From an uncultured Candidatus Micrarchaeota archaeon (GTDB lineage Archaea > Micrarchaeota > Micrarchaeia > Anstonellales > Bilamarchaeaceae): a stretch of 64,000 nt of DNA. The notes below the pieces were generated by a model. It made no database searches and was not told the origin of the DNA. It worked only from the letters and a program-made list of their open reading frames with translations. Numbering within the stretch: position 1 is the first letter of the stretch; every line of letters begins with the position of its first letter. The translations under genes were made by a program, and so were the position numbers. Shown here piece after piece: positions 46,073 to 54,665 of this stretch. Location: the NCBI GenBank assembly GCA_963714085.1, contig OY970229.1:256001-320000 (forward strand), read 5' to 3'.

Positions 46073-47065
46073 GGTATTCTGAAGAGCATATGGAGTTGCT
46101 CTTTTGGGTTTATTTCTAAGCGTATCGACAACGGACTTTGCCAAAATTTCGATTACTGGCACTGCAACAGAATTTCCGAATTGTTTGTATGCTCTAGTAT
46201 CAGAAACCGGGATTTTGAATGAATCTGGATAGCCTTGCAGTCTTGCACATTCTCTAGGCGTAAGTCGTCTTGGATTTTTGCCTTTCTGTGGAATAAGTAT
46301 TTCACTTCCATCCTTATAGTATCTAGCCGATAGAGTGCGTGTGTAACTATTCAGATCTACAAGACCAAATCCAAATCCATTACCCTTTTCACGGTGCTTT
46401 TTAGCATAGTTTTGAAGGTACTCCCATAAATGGTCAGTTAGAGTGTACTTATCAGGAACGTTAGTTTCTAGGATATCTTTCACCTTTGGATTTTTGTCAG
46501 GTATCTCAGGAAATTTATAATCAATAGTTCTGTCTCTGAACCCAACCATGAACACTCTCTCTCGATTCTGCGGGACTAGGCTTTTTGCATTTATTACCTT
46601 ATAATGAAAGGAATACCCGAGTTCTTCGAGTGTTTTCCTTATGACCTTAAAGGTTCTTCCTGCGTCATGTCTCTCTAAATTCTTAACATTTTCAAGGAAA
46701 AAGGCCTCAGGTTTTCGTTCATTGATTATTCTTGCAATCTCATAAAAGAGATTTCCCTGAGTTTCGTCGTCAAATCCATGTGGTTTGCCAAGACTATTTT
46801 TTTTTGATACACCTGCAATAGAAAAAGGCTGGCACGGAAAACCGCCACATAAAATATTAAATTCTGGTATTTCAGAAGATGATACTTCCTTTATATCTCC
46901 GATAAATAAACCATGCGAACCAAAATTTTCAGAATAGGTTATTCCTGCATATTTGTCAAAATCATTTGTCCAAGCACATTCTGCTCCTGCGCTCTCGAAA
47001 CCTAAACGTATGCCTCCAATACCAGCAAATAAATCAATGAAGGTTATCCTCTTTGCCTTCGTCAT
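46043..47065 (-). CDS. dcm: DNA cytosine-5 methyltransferase, Dcm/M.EcoRII-like
   Basis: DLFAGIGG, GFPCQPFS.AGVSKKNSLG, ENVKNL, QNRER, TLSARYYKDG, QFGNSV. Confidence 0.95.
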   Translation of the reverse strand: MTKAKRITFIDLFAGIGGIRLGFESAGAECAWTNDFDKYAGITYSENFGSHGLFIGDIKEVSSSEIPEFNILCGGFPCQPFSIAGVSKKNSLGKPHGFDDETQGNLFYEIARIINERKPEAFFLENVKNLERHDAGRTFKVIRKTLEELGYSFHYKVINAKSLVPQNRERVFMVGFRDRTIDYKFPEIPDKNPKVKDILETNVPDKYTLTDHLWEYLQNYAKKHREKGNGFGFGLVDLNSYTRTLSARYYKDGSEILIPQKGKNPRRLTPRECARLQGYPDSFKIPVSDTRAYKQFGNSVAVPVIEILAKSVVDTLRNKPKRATPYALQNTLFSDEVSDS

Positions 47066-47075
47066 AATCGCGCCT

Positions 47076-48155
47076 CTATAGATACTTTACTACAAGCTCA
47101 GTACCGTATTTGCCCGCAATGTTCTTTATCTCTTTTGGAAGATTTCCAAGTTCCTTTAATTTATCTTCCGTAATCGTAGTACGATCGAAAGTTTTGAAAA
47201 GAGAATACGGCAATCTAATGGTTTGAGTAGTCTGTCCTCCCATCCCGGGTCCGCCTGCCATGAGATTCCAGCTAGAGGATAATAGAATATCGCTTAAGGT
47301 AATGTACTTCCATCCAACAAATTCTCCCGTCGCGGTCATTTCCCGTATTAAATAGATTGCATTGGCATCATTCGGCAAACACACACGCAGTAACATAAGT
47401 ATTCGTCCGACATCTATCCCGAAAAAACGACCATTGCCATCAGCGGCAGGGAATTTTTCCTTTATCTCAATCGGCAGTATATGTTTTTGGGACAAGCTAA
47501 GCATAAACCAATCAACGTCGTATGGGTCATTGAGAGGTTTCTTTAAAATTCCTTTAAGAAGACCTGAATAAAATAACTCGTTAAGAAGAAGGGTTAGAAG
47601 CACCTCTTCATTACCTAAAAGAAGCTTCTCTTTTATGTGTGGGTCCCAACCACCCATATTAGTACCAACTCTTCCGCCACGTCCTCCCCACTTACTAAAG
47701 AACGCCATTGGTTCTTGTGACTCGAACCTACCATTCTTAAAGGCATAGAATTTCCATTGAACGACATTATGATTTCCTGATTTAATGTCATTTAACGGCA
47801 GAGTGCCATCAGCTGTAGTAGCTATAGCATAAACTACCCCTGCTCCAGCATTATTCAAGAACTCAGATATAGCATGAAATGGACGGTATCTGCTGCCTAA
47901 AAGAGTTTGAGGTTCGGTACTGATATCTGAAGTTCGTAGAATCTTGGGGTGAATAAAAAATGAGAACCGATATTTAAAAAAATCATCTTCCTTAGGAGAC
48001 AATAGCCAGCATCCTGAGAAAAACTTTTCATTGGCATCAGATCCGAACTTTCCTAGAGATATCTCATCGAAAAATATGCTTTGTGCCAATAACCCCTTGG
48101 CCTTGTTTTTCGGCCATAAGCCCTCTAAAATGCCTACAATATCTGAAGCAGCCAT
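47076..48155 (-). CDS. Putative type II restriction endonuclease
   Basis: PYDVD...IEIKEK PD-(D/E)xK-like motif; co-oriented directly upstream of the C5 methyltransferase. Confidence 0.65.
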   Translation of the reverse strand: MAASDIVGILEGLWPKNKAKGLLAQSIFFDEISLGKFGSDANEKFFSGCWLLSPKEDDFFKYRFSFFIHPKILRTSDISTEPQTLLGSRYRPFHAISEFLNNAGAGVVYAIATTADGTLPLNDIKSGNHNVVQWKFYAFKNGRFESQEPMAFFSKWGGRGGRVGTNMGGWDPHIKEKLLLGNEEVLLTLLLNELFYSGLLKGILKKPLNDPYDVDWFMLSLSQKHILPIEIKEKFPAADGNGRFFGIDVGRILMLLRVCLPNDANAIYLIREMTATGEFVGWKYITLSDILLSSSWNLMAGGPGMGGQTTQTIRLPYSLFKTFDRTTITEDKLKELGNLPKEIKNIAGKYGTELVVKYL

Positions 48156-48351
48156 ACAGGTACTTACATTTTAGTTCTTATAAAGATTAGTTTTCGGGCA
48201 ACCTTGCTCCTGAATAAGCCAAATGACCACTTAAACGGGCAAAACAAAGCGGACTACCGAGTATTTAGGTTTTTAAGCCAGTCAGATTATCAATTCATCA
48301 ATATTTGAGAAATCATCAAATAAGCAAAAAAAGATCCTAACTCCGAGGTTA

Positions 48352-48372
48352 TGACCCCGGGGAGATTTGAAC
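48352..48372 (-). other. Isolated 3' fragment of a different tRNA (relict att site)
   Basis: Minus strand G-TTCAAAT-CTCCC-CGGGGTC-A = T loop, 5-nt T stem, 7-nt acceptor strand, discriminator. Confidence 0.6.
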
Positions 48373-48501
48373 CGTACAGTTGGGTCCGAAATGGTTTGAT
48401 TTGAGTCCTAGACGCGACACTTGCTTCCAAGCCTCTCTTTTTAACCTCTGCTCTTCAGATGAGGATTCGGCAAGAACGGACCCCTCTGGCTCAAACTGAG
48501 A

Positions 48502-48594
48502 CCAGATCTGAACGCGCTAGGGCAGGATTTGAGACCAGCTCTGAGGACACCACCAGGGTAAGACCTCAGAGCAGATCAGAATGCAGGGGACGAG
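48502..48594 (+). repeat. 93-bp direct repeat (att arm plus core), copy 2
   Basis: Matches 28519-28611; the last 13 bp are the tRNA-Leu 3' end. Confidence 0.95.
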
Positions 48595-48665
48595 ATTCGA
48601 ACTCGCGTAGGTACTAAACCACTAGCCCCTCAAGCTAGCACGTTTGGCCGCTCCGTCACCCCTGC
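48582..48665 (-). tRNA. tRNA-Leu(GAG)
   Basis: GCAGGGG/CCCCTGC-A acceptor, anticodon stem CTAGC-TTGAGGG-GCTAG, variable arm, GTTCGAATC T loop; 84 nt, CCA not encoded. Confidence 0.95.
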
Positions 48666-48754
48666 GTGAAAACGTCAGACGGACATTAGCAGGGGGCGCT
48701 GTGCTCGGAACGCCGAGCAGACGCGCCCCTGCGCGCTTAATGAAAATAAAAAAA

Positions 48755-49375
48755 TCATTCCTTCTTCTTCGCGCTCTTCTTCTTGGCCGGCTTCGCCTTC
48801 TTGGCGGGCTTCTCGCCCATGGCCTCGAGCAGCGTGTCGATGTCGCCCTGGAGCTCGTCGCAGGCCCGCAATACAACTTCCTGCGCAGGCGCGTGGTAGA
48901 AGCTCTCCACGATCATCTTGAGCTTTCCATCCGCGACCCCGTAGCTCACGAGCCCGGACTGGTATTTGGCGTGCTGCATGCCGCGGCCCAGGCGCGCCTT
49001 GGCTTCCAGCCTTATGTGCTGCCCGGGGCCAAGCGTGACGACGACGATATCGTCCTGCGCTATCTTCGCTTCCTTGTCCGAGCTCTTCATGTCCTTGGCG
49101 TACACGACCTTGGGTCCGCTCTCGTCGAGAGTGAACACGACCTCCCCGCTCTCGGGGAAGTCCTCGGGGGTGGATATCGGCATCAGGCCCAGCCTGTGCG
49201 CGATGTACTCGTCCCACATGGACGTCGTGTTGTCGTAGAAGGTCACCTGGTCCATGGCCAGGACCGGCACGCGGTTCATGGTATAGCGCCGCAGCGTGTT
49301 TGCGAACGCTGTGGACACGCCGTCAATGACGAATTCGATCCGGTTCTCGTGCTTCTTATCGAGTTTGAGTTCCAT
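48755..49375 (-). CDS. rpoD: DNA-directed RNA polymerase subunit D (Rpo3)
   Basis: FANTLRR..VPVLA, DEYIAHRLGLMPI, G.G.QHAKY. Confidence 0.95.
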   Translation of the reverse strand: MELKLDKKHENRIEFVIDGVSTAFANTLRRYTMNRVPVLAMDQVTFYDNTTSMWDEYIAHRLGLMPISTPEDFPESGEVVFTLDESGPKVVYAKDMKSSDKEAKIAQDDIVVVTLGPGQHIRLEAKARLGRGMQHAKYQSGLVSYGVADGKLKMIVESFYHAPAQEVVLRACDELQGDIDTLLEAMGEKPAKKAKPAKKKSAKKKE

Positions 49376-49379
49376 AAGC

Positions 49380-49829
49380 TCAGACCCTTCTTCCCCTTCT
49401 TCCGCCCTTCCTCTTCATGGAATCGGTCGGCAGTGGAGTTACATCCTCTATCTTCCCGATGCGTACGCCGCTGCGCGCGACGGTACGTATGACGGCCTGC
49501 GCTCCGGCGCCGGGGGATTTCGACCCGACCCCTCCTGGGGCGCGTATCCGCACATGCACGTAGAATATGCCCTTGTTCTTGAGGTTCGTCACCACGCTGG
49601 TGGCAGCCTGCATCGCCGCGTACGGCCGCCCCTCCTCCCTGTCGGACTTGACCATCATGCCGCCCGAGGCCCATGCGAGGGTCTCGGCGCCGCTGATGTC
49701 GGTCGCGGTTATGATGGTGTCGTTCTTGGATGAGAACACGTGGAGCACTGCGGTCCTGCGGGGACCCATCTTCACCGGGGCAGCCGGTATTTCCTTCCTC
49801 TCTTCTACCTTCTTCTCTTCTTCAACCAT
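49380..49829 (-). CDS. rps11: 30S ribosomal protein S11
   Basis: [36 protein letters not shown]. Confidence 0.97.
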   Translation of the reverse strand: MVEEEKKVEERKEIPAAPVKMGPRRTAVLHVFSSKNDTIITATDISGAETLAWASGGMMVKSDREEGRPYAAMQAATSVVTNLKNKGIFYVHVRIRAPGGVGSKSPGAGAQAVIRTVARSGVRIGKIEDVTPLPTDSMKRKGGRRGRRV

Positions 49830-49838
49830 TCAAACACC

Positions 49839-50420
49839 TTATAATGACGGCTCGGGGGACGTTGGCGGCTCCGGGGGCGCGACTGGCCCGGCCGATGCCG
49901 GCTTGGCTTCCGGGGCCTTGGGCTCGGCCGATTTCACCGAGATGTCTATGGGCTTGGCATAGCCGAGCGACGGTTCTTCGGCGACCGTCACGACGTATCC
50001 CGGGGTCTGCACCCGCCTGCCTGAGAGCGTTATGAATCCGTGCGTTATCAATTGCCTGCTCTGCTGCATGGTCCGCGCGAGGCCCTTGCGGACGACGAGC
50101 GTCTGGAGCCTCCTCTCGAGCAGGTCCTTGACCTTGAGCCCGAGCACGTCGTCGATCGCGGCGCTGTCTTTGAGCAGCCCTATGCGCACGAGCTTGGACA
50201 GGACCTTCTGGCCGTCGGCCTTCCTTTCCGATTCGGAAAGGGAAAGCAGTCGCCTCGCCTCGCGCCTGGAGCGCCTGAGCGCGCTGTCCATCATCCAGAG
50301 CTCCCTCATGCACTTGAGGCCGTATTCGGTCTTCATGGTGCTGTCGTGCAGCAACCGCTCGGCTTCCCAGAGCATCTTGGGCCTCTCATACTTGTTCCTG
50401 AGTTTTGGTGGGTCTCCCAT
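49839..50420 (-). CDS. rps4: 30S ribosomal protein S4
   Basis: MGDP, YGLK..RELW, LERRLQTLV.RKGLA, RQLITHG. Confidence 0.97.
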   Translation of the reverse strand: MGDPPKLRNKYERPKMLWEAERLLHDSTMKTEYGLKCMRELWMMDSALRRSRREARRLLSLSESERKADGQKVLSKLVRIGLLKDSAAIDDVLGLKVKDLLERRLQTLVVRKGLARTMQQSRQLITHGFITLSGRRVQTPGYVVTVAEEPSLGYAKPIDISVKSAEPKAPEAKPASAGPVAPPEPPTSPEPSL

Positions 50421-50432
50421 GTGAACACCTCA

Positions 50433-51149
50433 TCATTTCTTCTCCGCTGGCTTTGCTGCCGGGGCCGGCTTGGCCGGTGCCGGCGCAGACTTGGCTCCGG
50501 GCGCGGCTTTCGACTCCGCCGGCTTGGCCGCCGCTCCGGGCGCCGCAGCCGCGGCGGGCTTCCCCGCTCCCGCAGCCTCTCCGGCCTTCGTGGCCTGCTG
50601 CTGGGCGATGATGGCCTTCCTGAGCACACCGACCGCCATTCCGGTCCTTCCGGTGTTGCGGGTCTTCTGGCCGCGCACCTTCTGGCCGTAGGAATGCCTG
50701 TATCCCTTCCATGTGTAGAGCTTCTTCTCGCTCTCCACGTCCTCGCGGACCGCGAAGAGCAGGTCGTTCATTATCGCGTGCTTGTCCGTGCCATCCAACC
50801 TGTCGGCCTTGCGGTTGAGCATGAATTTGGGCACCGCGGGATAGTTGTGCAGGTTAAAGAGTATCATGTCTATCTTCTCTATCTTGGCGTCGTCGAGCTC
50901 CCCGACCCGGGTGTCCGGGGATATCCCCAGCTCGGAAGAGAGCACGTTGGCTACCGGGACCGCGAGGCACTGCCCGATGCCGCGCACGTGCGTGAGCGCC
51001 CTTCTCAGGTGGACCTGGCCCTTGATGTCCTTGCCCGCTATGCGGACGATTCCCCTGAAGCCCTCCTTCTCCGGCTCCTCCGGCTTGACAGGTTTCTTCT
51101 CCTGCTTCACGGCGACCTCTTTGTTCTTCTTCGGTGGAGTTTTAGCCAT
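50433..51149 (-). CDS. rps13: 30S ribosomal protein S13
   Basis: GIVRIAG.DI.G, P.FMLNR, WKGYRH..GQKVRGQKTR.TGR. Confidence 0.97.
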   Translation of the reverse strand: MAKTPPKKNKEVAVKQEKKPVKPEEPEKEGFRGIVRIAGKDIKGQVHLRRALTHVRGIGQCLAVPVANVLSSELGISPDTRVGELDDAKIEKIDMILFNLHNYPAVPKFMLNRKADRLDGTDKHAIMNDLLFAVREDVESEKKLYTWKGYRHSYGQKVRGQKTRNTGRTGMAVGVLRKAIIAQQQATKAGEAAGAGKPAAAAAPGAAAKPAESKAAPGAKSAPAPAKPAPAAKPAEKK

Positions 51150-51154
51150 AATAT

Positions 51155-51412
51155 CTACACTCTTGTTATGTTCTCGACCTCTATCTGGCTTACGCCCTCT
51201 ATCTTAGCTATGTTCTCTTCGAGCACGTCCATGCCGCCCTTCTCGTCGTTGAGCAGCAAGGTCGCGCGCATTATCTTTATCCCGAAAGGGCCGTCCTCTA
51301 TGCTGGAGGACCGTATCTTCGCGAGCTTCTCTATGCCCTCGCGCACGGCCTTCTCCTTGGAGGCGTCGTCGAGGAATATCTTTATGTCCGCGGCCACGTT
51401 GTACTCTTCCAT
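51155..51412 (-). CDS. ef1b: Elongation factor 1-beta
   Basis: VAADIKIF, GPFGIK, GG.D.LEE.I..IEGVS..EV; ATG 51412. Confidence 0.85.
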   Translation of the reverse strand: MEEYNVAADIKIFLDDASKEKAVREGIEKLAKIRSSSIEDGPFGIKIMRATLLLNDEKGGMDVLEENIAKIEGVSQIEVENITRV

Positions 51413-51416
51413 AATA

Positions 51417-51563
51417 TCATGGCCCCTCGAATCCGCACTTGCACTTGTAGGCATTGAGGTTCTCCCTGCAGAAGTGGCAGCGCACCAGCTTGTCGCCGCA
51501 CGACGGGCAGGGGAACTCAGCGAACCGCTTCGTGTTCCTTCCGCATGAATTGCATCTCTTCAA
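51417..51563 (-). CDS. Zn-ribbon small protein (DUF1610 family)
   Basis: Manual translation (TTG start after AGGTGG): CNSCG...FPCPSCG...RCHFCR..YKCKCGFEGP; usual neighbour of aEF-1beta. Confidence 0.85.
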   Translation of the reverse strand: MKRCNSCGRNTKRFAEFPCPSCGDKLVRCHFCRENLNAYKCKCGFEGP

Positions 51564-51702
51564 ATAACCACCTATATAGCACAAACACTGGATAATACGG
51601 GGTAAAATCGCAGGAATTATTTAAGATGCTTAGATATTTAAACGTGCCGTTGCTCCTGCAAAACCCCGATCCGGCCGGAAAACCCGGGTAAAACCCGGAT
51701 AT

Positions 51703-52884
51703 TCATACCAACCCGCGGGTGAGCTGACCGATCACCATATCCGTGGAGCGCCTGATTCCGGTTGGGAACGGGCTCAGCACCGTCCTTCCAGCGAGCATGT
51801 CGTACATCTTGGCGCAAAGCTGCACCTCGCTATGTAAGGGCGAGCGGTTCTCGGTCAGGATGGCTGCTGAGAGCTCGTACAGGTCGAACTCATTGAAACC
51901 GTATGGCGGCTTCAATCCGGGCGCGTAATTGATCACCGGCTTCCCGGCCAGGAGCGCGGTGATGAGCATGTCGCTGGTTCCGACCACGAGGTCTGCGCTG
52001 TACATGAGCTGTTTCAGCGTATAATCGTTTTGCGGGTCCGGGCCGTTCTCGGGATTGTGCAGCACCCCGGAGAACCTGGCCGAATCGTGCCTTTTGAATA
52101 CCGCCATGGCGTCCTCCCATATGGAGGGATGCGGCCTCACCACCACGTTTATATCCATCGGGTAGTCCGTCAGCGTGTCCGCGGCCTTGAGGAAGGAATC
52201 GAGCGCGCTCTGCGCTGTGAATCCGATACCGGCGTCCACCGGGTTGCTGATGAAGACCACCAGCTTCGCGCCTTTGGTGAATCCCGAGAACACGGGCTTC
52301 GCGAGGAGCGCCTCCCTCGTAGCGGGGCCGTATCCCTCGAACTCCGCCTTGGTGTGCTCGAAATAGGGGTTGCCGGTGATCTCGATGTTCGCGCCGTCGT
52401 AGTTGACGCGGGAGAACACCCCCGCGAGCGCCTGCCCGTCTATCACCCCGATCGTCGTCGGTATGTGCGCGAAGAGGTTTGTGATGCGCCTCTCGGCTCC
52501 GGGCTCGCATGCGAGGTCGCTGAACGGCTCGGCGTAGTTGCCCCACGTGTCCAGGACCGCGACGCGGTTCATGCGCGCCATGGAGCCTAGCCTCCACGCG
52601 AGCTGCTCGAGCGTCAGCTCCCCGTTTTTGGATTGGAGCGAGGTGCCGGTCAGTATCACGCCCGGCTGCCTGAAAAGCGAGACGTGCGATGCGGCGGAGT
52701 CCGGGTCCGATGCGACCTTGTCGGGCTCGATTTTCATTGCTCTGAATGCCCTGGCCGCATCAGGGCCCGAGATGACGTGCACCTTGTCGCCAGATTCCCT
52801 CAGGCGGAGTATCACCGGGGATATCGCCTCCGCCCCTCCACTCGTCGATGCCACCGCGATTACCTTTTTCCCTGGAAGTTCCAT
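51703..52884 (-). CDS. GT-B-fold / UDP-GlcNAc-epimerase-like hypothetical protein
   Basis: ITGNPYF, VRPHP, ADLVVG..ALLAGKPVI motifs. Confidence 0.65.
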   Translation of the reverse strand: MELPGKKVIAVASTSGGAEAISPVILRLRESGDKVHVISGPDAARAFRAMKIEPDKVASDPDSAASHVSLFRQPGVILTGTSLQSKNGELTLEQLAWRLGSMARMNRVAVLDTWGNYAEPFSDLACEPGAERRITNLFAHIPTTIGVIDGQALAGVFSRVNYDGANIEITGNPYFEHTKAEFEGYGPATREALLAKPVFSGFTKGAKLVVFISNPVDAGIGFTAQSALDSFLKAADTLTDYPMDINVVVRPHPSIWEDAMAVFKRHDSARFSGVLHNPENGPDPQNDYTLKQLMYSADLVVGTSDMLITALLAGKPVINYAPGLKPPYGFNEFDLYELSAAILTENRSPLHSEVQLCAKMYDMLAGRTVLSPFPTGIRRSTDMVIGQLTRGLV

Positions 52885-53052
52885 AGTCTTGCCTCTTGAT
52901 GTTGCTTGCGGTCACGCAGGATGACCGTGGCTGATAAGTGCCACAAAGTAATTATAAATGTAGTTGAATCCGCCGAACCCCGCCACTGATGGCGCGCGCG
53001 GGGATATCCTTGGGATACGGGAAGAATAAAGCCAGGCCCTCGTAGCCTGACC

Positions 53053-53101
53053 TGGACAGAACAGGAGGCTCGCGGAGATCGGTGTTCCGGCGAGGGCGAT
53101 T
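53053..53101 (+). repeat. 49-bp direct repeat, copy 1
   Basis: TGGACAGAACAGGAGGCTCGCGGAGATCGGTGTTCCGGCGAGGGCGATT, identical to 54583-54631. Confidence 0.95.
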
Positions 53102-53239
53102 ATTCAGTCCTGCGCCTCGACTGGTAAAAATCCGCTTTTGCCCGGTTTCTGGGGGCTCGGCCCGACATGCGGGGGTGGCACCGTGGCAACGAGAGAGCTT
53201 GGCTTTCGTGGGAGCGCCGGTGCAAAACCTGCGAGAGCA

Positions 53240-54466
53240 TCACTTCATGAAAAACCGCACGCCATCGGCGATTGTTTTCTTCTTCTTGTCTATTGATTTG
53301 AATGCATGCGCCTGTTTTTCACTCATCTGCGGGCCGTACTTAGCTTCGATTACCGCATCCTCGGTTATGAAGTCCAGTTCGGTCCCATTCTCGTTATAGT
53401 ATTCGGGTTTCTCATTTTTAATCTCGAGAAAAACGAGGTTCTCGTACGAAGCCCCGGAATCCTTATCCCCGCTGATAAGATTCTTTATTGCAACGTCGCC
53501 CGCGTAGATCTTCTTCGGAGAGACCATTTTTTCATTGTATGATTTTGTGCATCGCTCTATGGAGTAGAACAGGTACGCTTTCTCGAAATATCCGATATAC
53601 TGCTTCACACTATCCACTGAGATGTTAAGGAGCTTGTGGATTTTGGTGTAGCTCGTCGGTTTGCCCACGCGCATGCAGAGAAGGGCGAACATCTCAAGGA
53701 TGACCTTTTCATTCTTGATTTTGTGGTAGGCGATTATATCCTTGTATATTATGCTTTCGACAAGTTCGTTGAGGTATTCCTTGTCCTCGGTCAGGACATA
53801 ATGCGGAATGCCTCCGAGGCGCAGGTAATCACGGAAAAGCCCGTCTAATTTCGCACGGTCCGACTTCTTGGCCTGTGCGTTTCTGAAAACAAGAAATTCC
53901 TGGAATGACAGTGGCATGATTTCGATGGTTTTCGTTCTTCCTGTAAGCGCGGCACGTTTGTCTCTCATCATCGTGGCCATGGACGAAGAGCAGACGACCC
54001 TGGCGTTTTCCAGGTCGTAGATGCTTTTAAGCTCGTTCTCGAATCCCTCTTTCGTTGCCACTTCGTCGATAAAGAAATAGAACCTGGCATCTGTGGACTT
54101 TTTGTGCAGCTCCCGGTATTTCTCCATCAGGTCATGGATAGAAAAGGTCCTGAGGGCGAAGGAATCGAGATTCACGAAGAAAATGCTGGTTGCCGGTGTA
54201 CCTCCGGACAATAGCTTCGAGATGGCTTGCCGCATTATGGTTGTTTTGCCGATCCTCCTAAGACCGGTGAGGAATATGATTTCACGGTCATCGATGTTTT
54301 CGAGTATTTTATCGACATAGCGATGCCTTGGGATGCTGTTCTCCGTAAAAGGCTGTTCCCACCAGGGATTTTGTTTGAATAGTTCGGATTCGACATTTTC
54401 TTTTATCACGTACGACCATGATTGCATTTCATTGCTCCGCTTCGATACGTCCGTCTTGGGCCCCAT
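53240..54466 (-). CDS. AAA_14/DUF4143-family ATPase (start uncertain)
   Basis: QNPWW, GLRRIGKT, FIDEV, LTGR..PLSF.EF, GG.P, KK.Y, ELDF..IEAK. Confidence 0.9.
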   Translation of the reverse strand: MGPKTDVSKRSNEMQSWSYVIKENVESELFKQNPWWEQPFTENSIPRHRYVDKILENIDDREIIFLTGLRRIGKTTIMRQAISKLLSGGTPATSIFFVNLDSFALRTFSIHDLMEKYRELHKKSTDARFYFFIDEVATKEGFENELKSIYDLENARVVCSSSMATMMRDKRAALTGRTKTIEIMPLSFQEFLVFRNAQAKKSDRAKLDGLFRDYLRLGGIPHYVLTEDKEYLNELVESIIYKDIIAYHKIKNEKVILEMFALLCMRVGKPTSYTKIHKLLNISVDSVKQYIGYFEKAYLFYSIERCTKSYNEKMVSPKKIYAGDVAIKNLISGDKDSGASYENLVFLEIKNEKPEYYNENGTELDFITEDAVIEAKYGPQMSEKQAHAFKSIDKKKKTIADGVRFFMK

Positions 54467-54582
54467 GAGTTAGGAATGCACTGCAAGATTTAAAAGACTT
54501 ACGGTGGCACCGTAAACTTTTGCCGTTAAGTATGCGTTTTGACCGCACACCATCCGGTTGATCCGTTTAGCATTTTCACGCG

Positions 54583-54631
54583 TGGACAGAACAGGAGGCT
54601 CGCGGAGATCGGTGTTCCGGCGAGGGCGATT
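54583..54631 (+). repeat. 49-bp direct repeat, copy 2
   Basis: Identical to 53053-53101. Confidence 0.95.
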
Positions 54632-54665
54632 TCAATCAGCGACTTATTTTGAAGGAAAGCCAGGC

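Larger units (their letters stand above)
28599..48593. mobile_element. ~20-kb integrated, putatively conjugative element at tRNA-Leu(GAG)
   Basis: Flanking att cores 19,983 bp apart; integrase at the left end; Orc1/Cdc6, VirB4/PrgI/VirB6/pilins and RM module; lower GC than host. Confidence 0.9.

Noticed and set aside
28599..48593. Provirus interpretation of the integrated element
   Set aside because: No recognisable capsid, terminase, portal or packaging ATPase; the gene set is T4SS-like.
53030..53101. HDV-like ribozyme or SRP/RNase P RNA at the 49-bp repeat
   Set aside because: Some pairings exist (CCAGG/CCTGG, GCCCTCG/CGAGGGC), but there is no room for P3/L3 and no SRP or RNase P signature.
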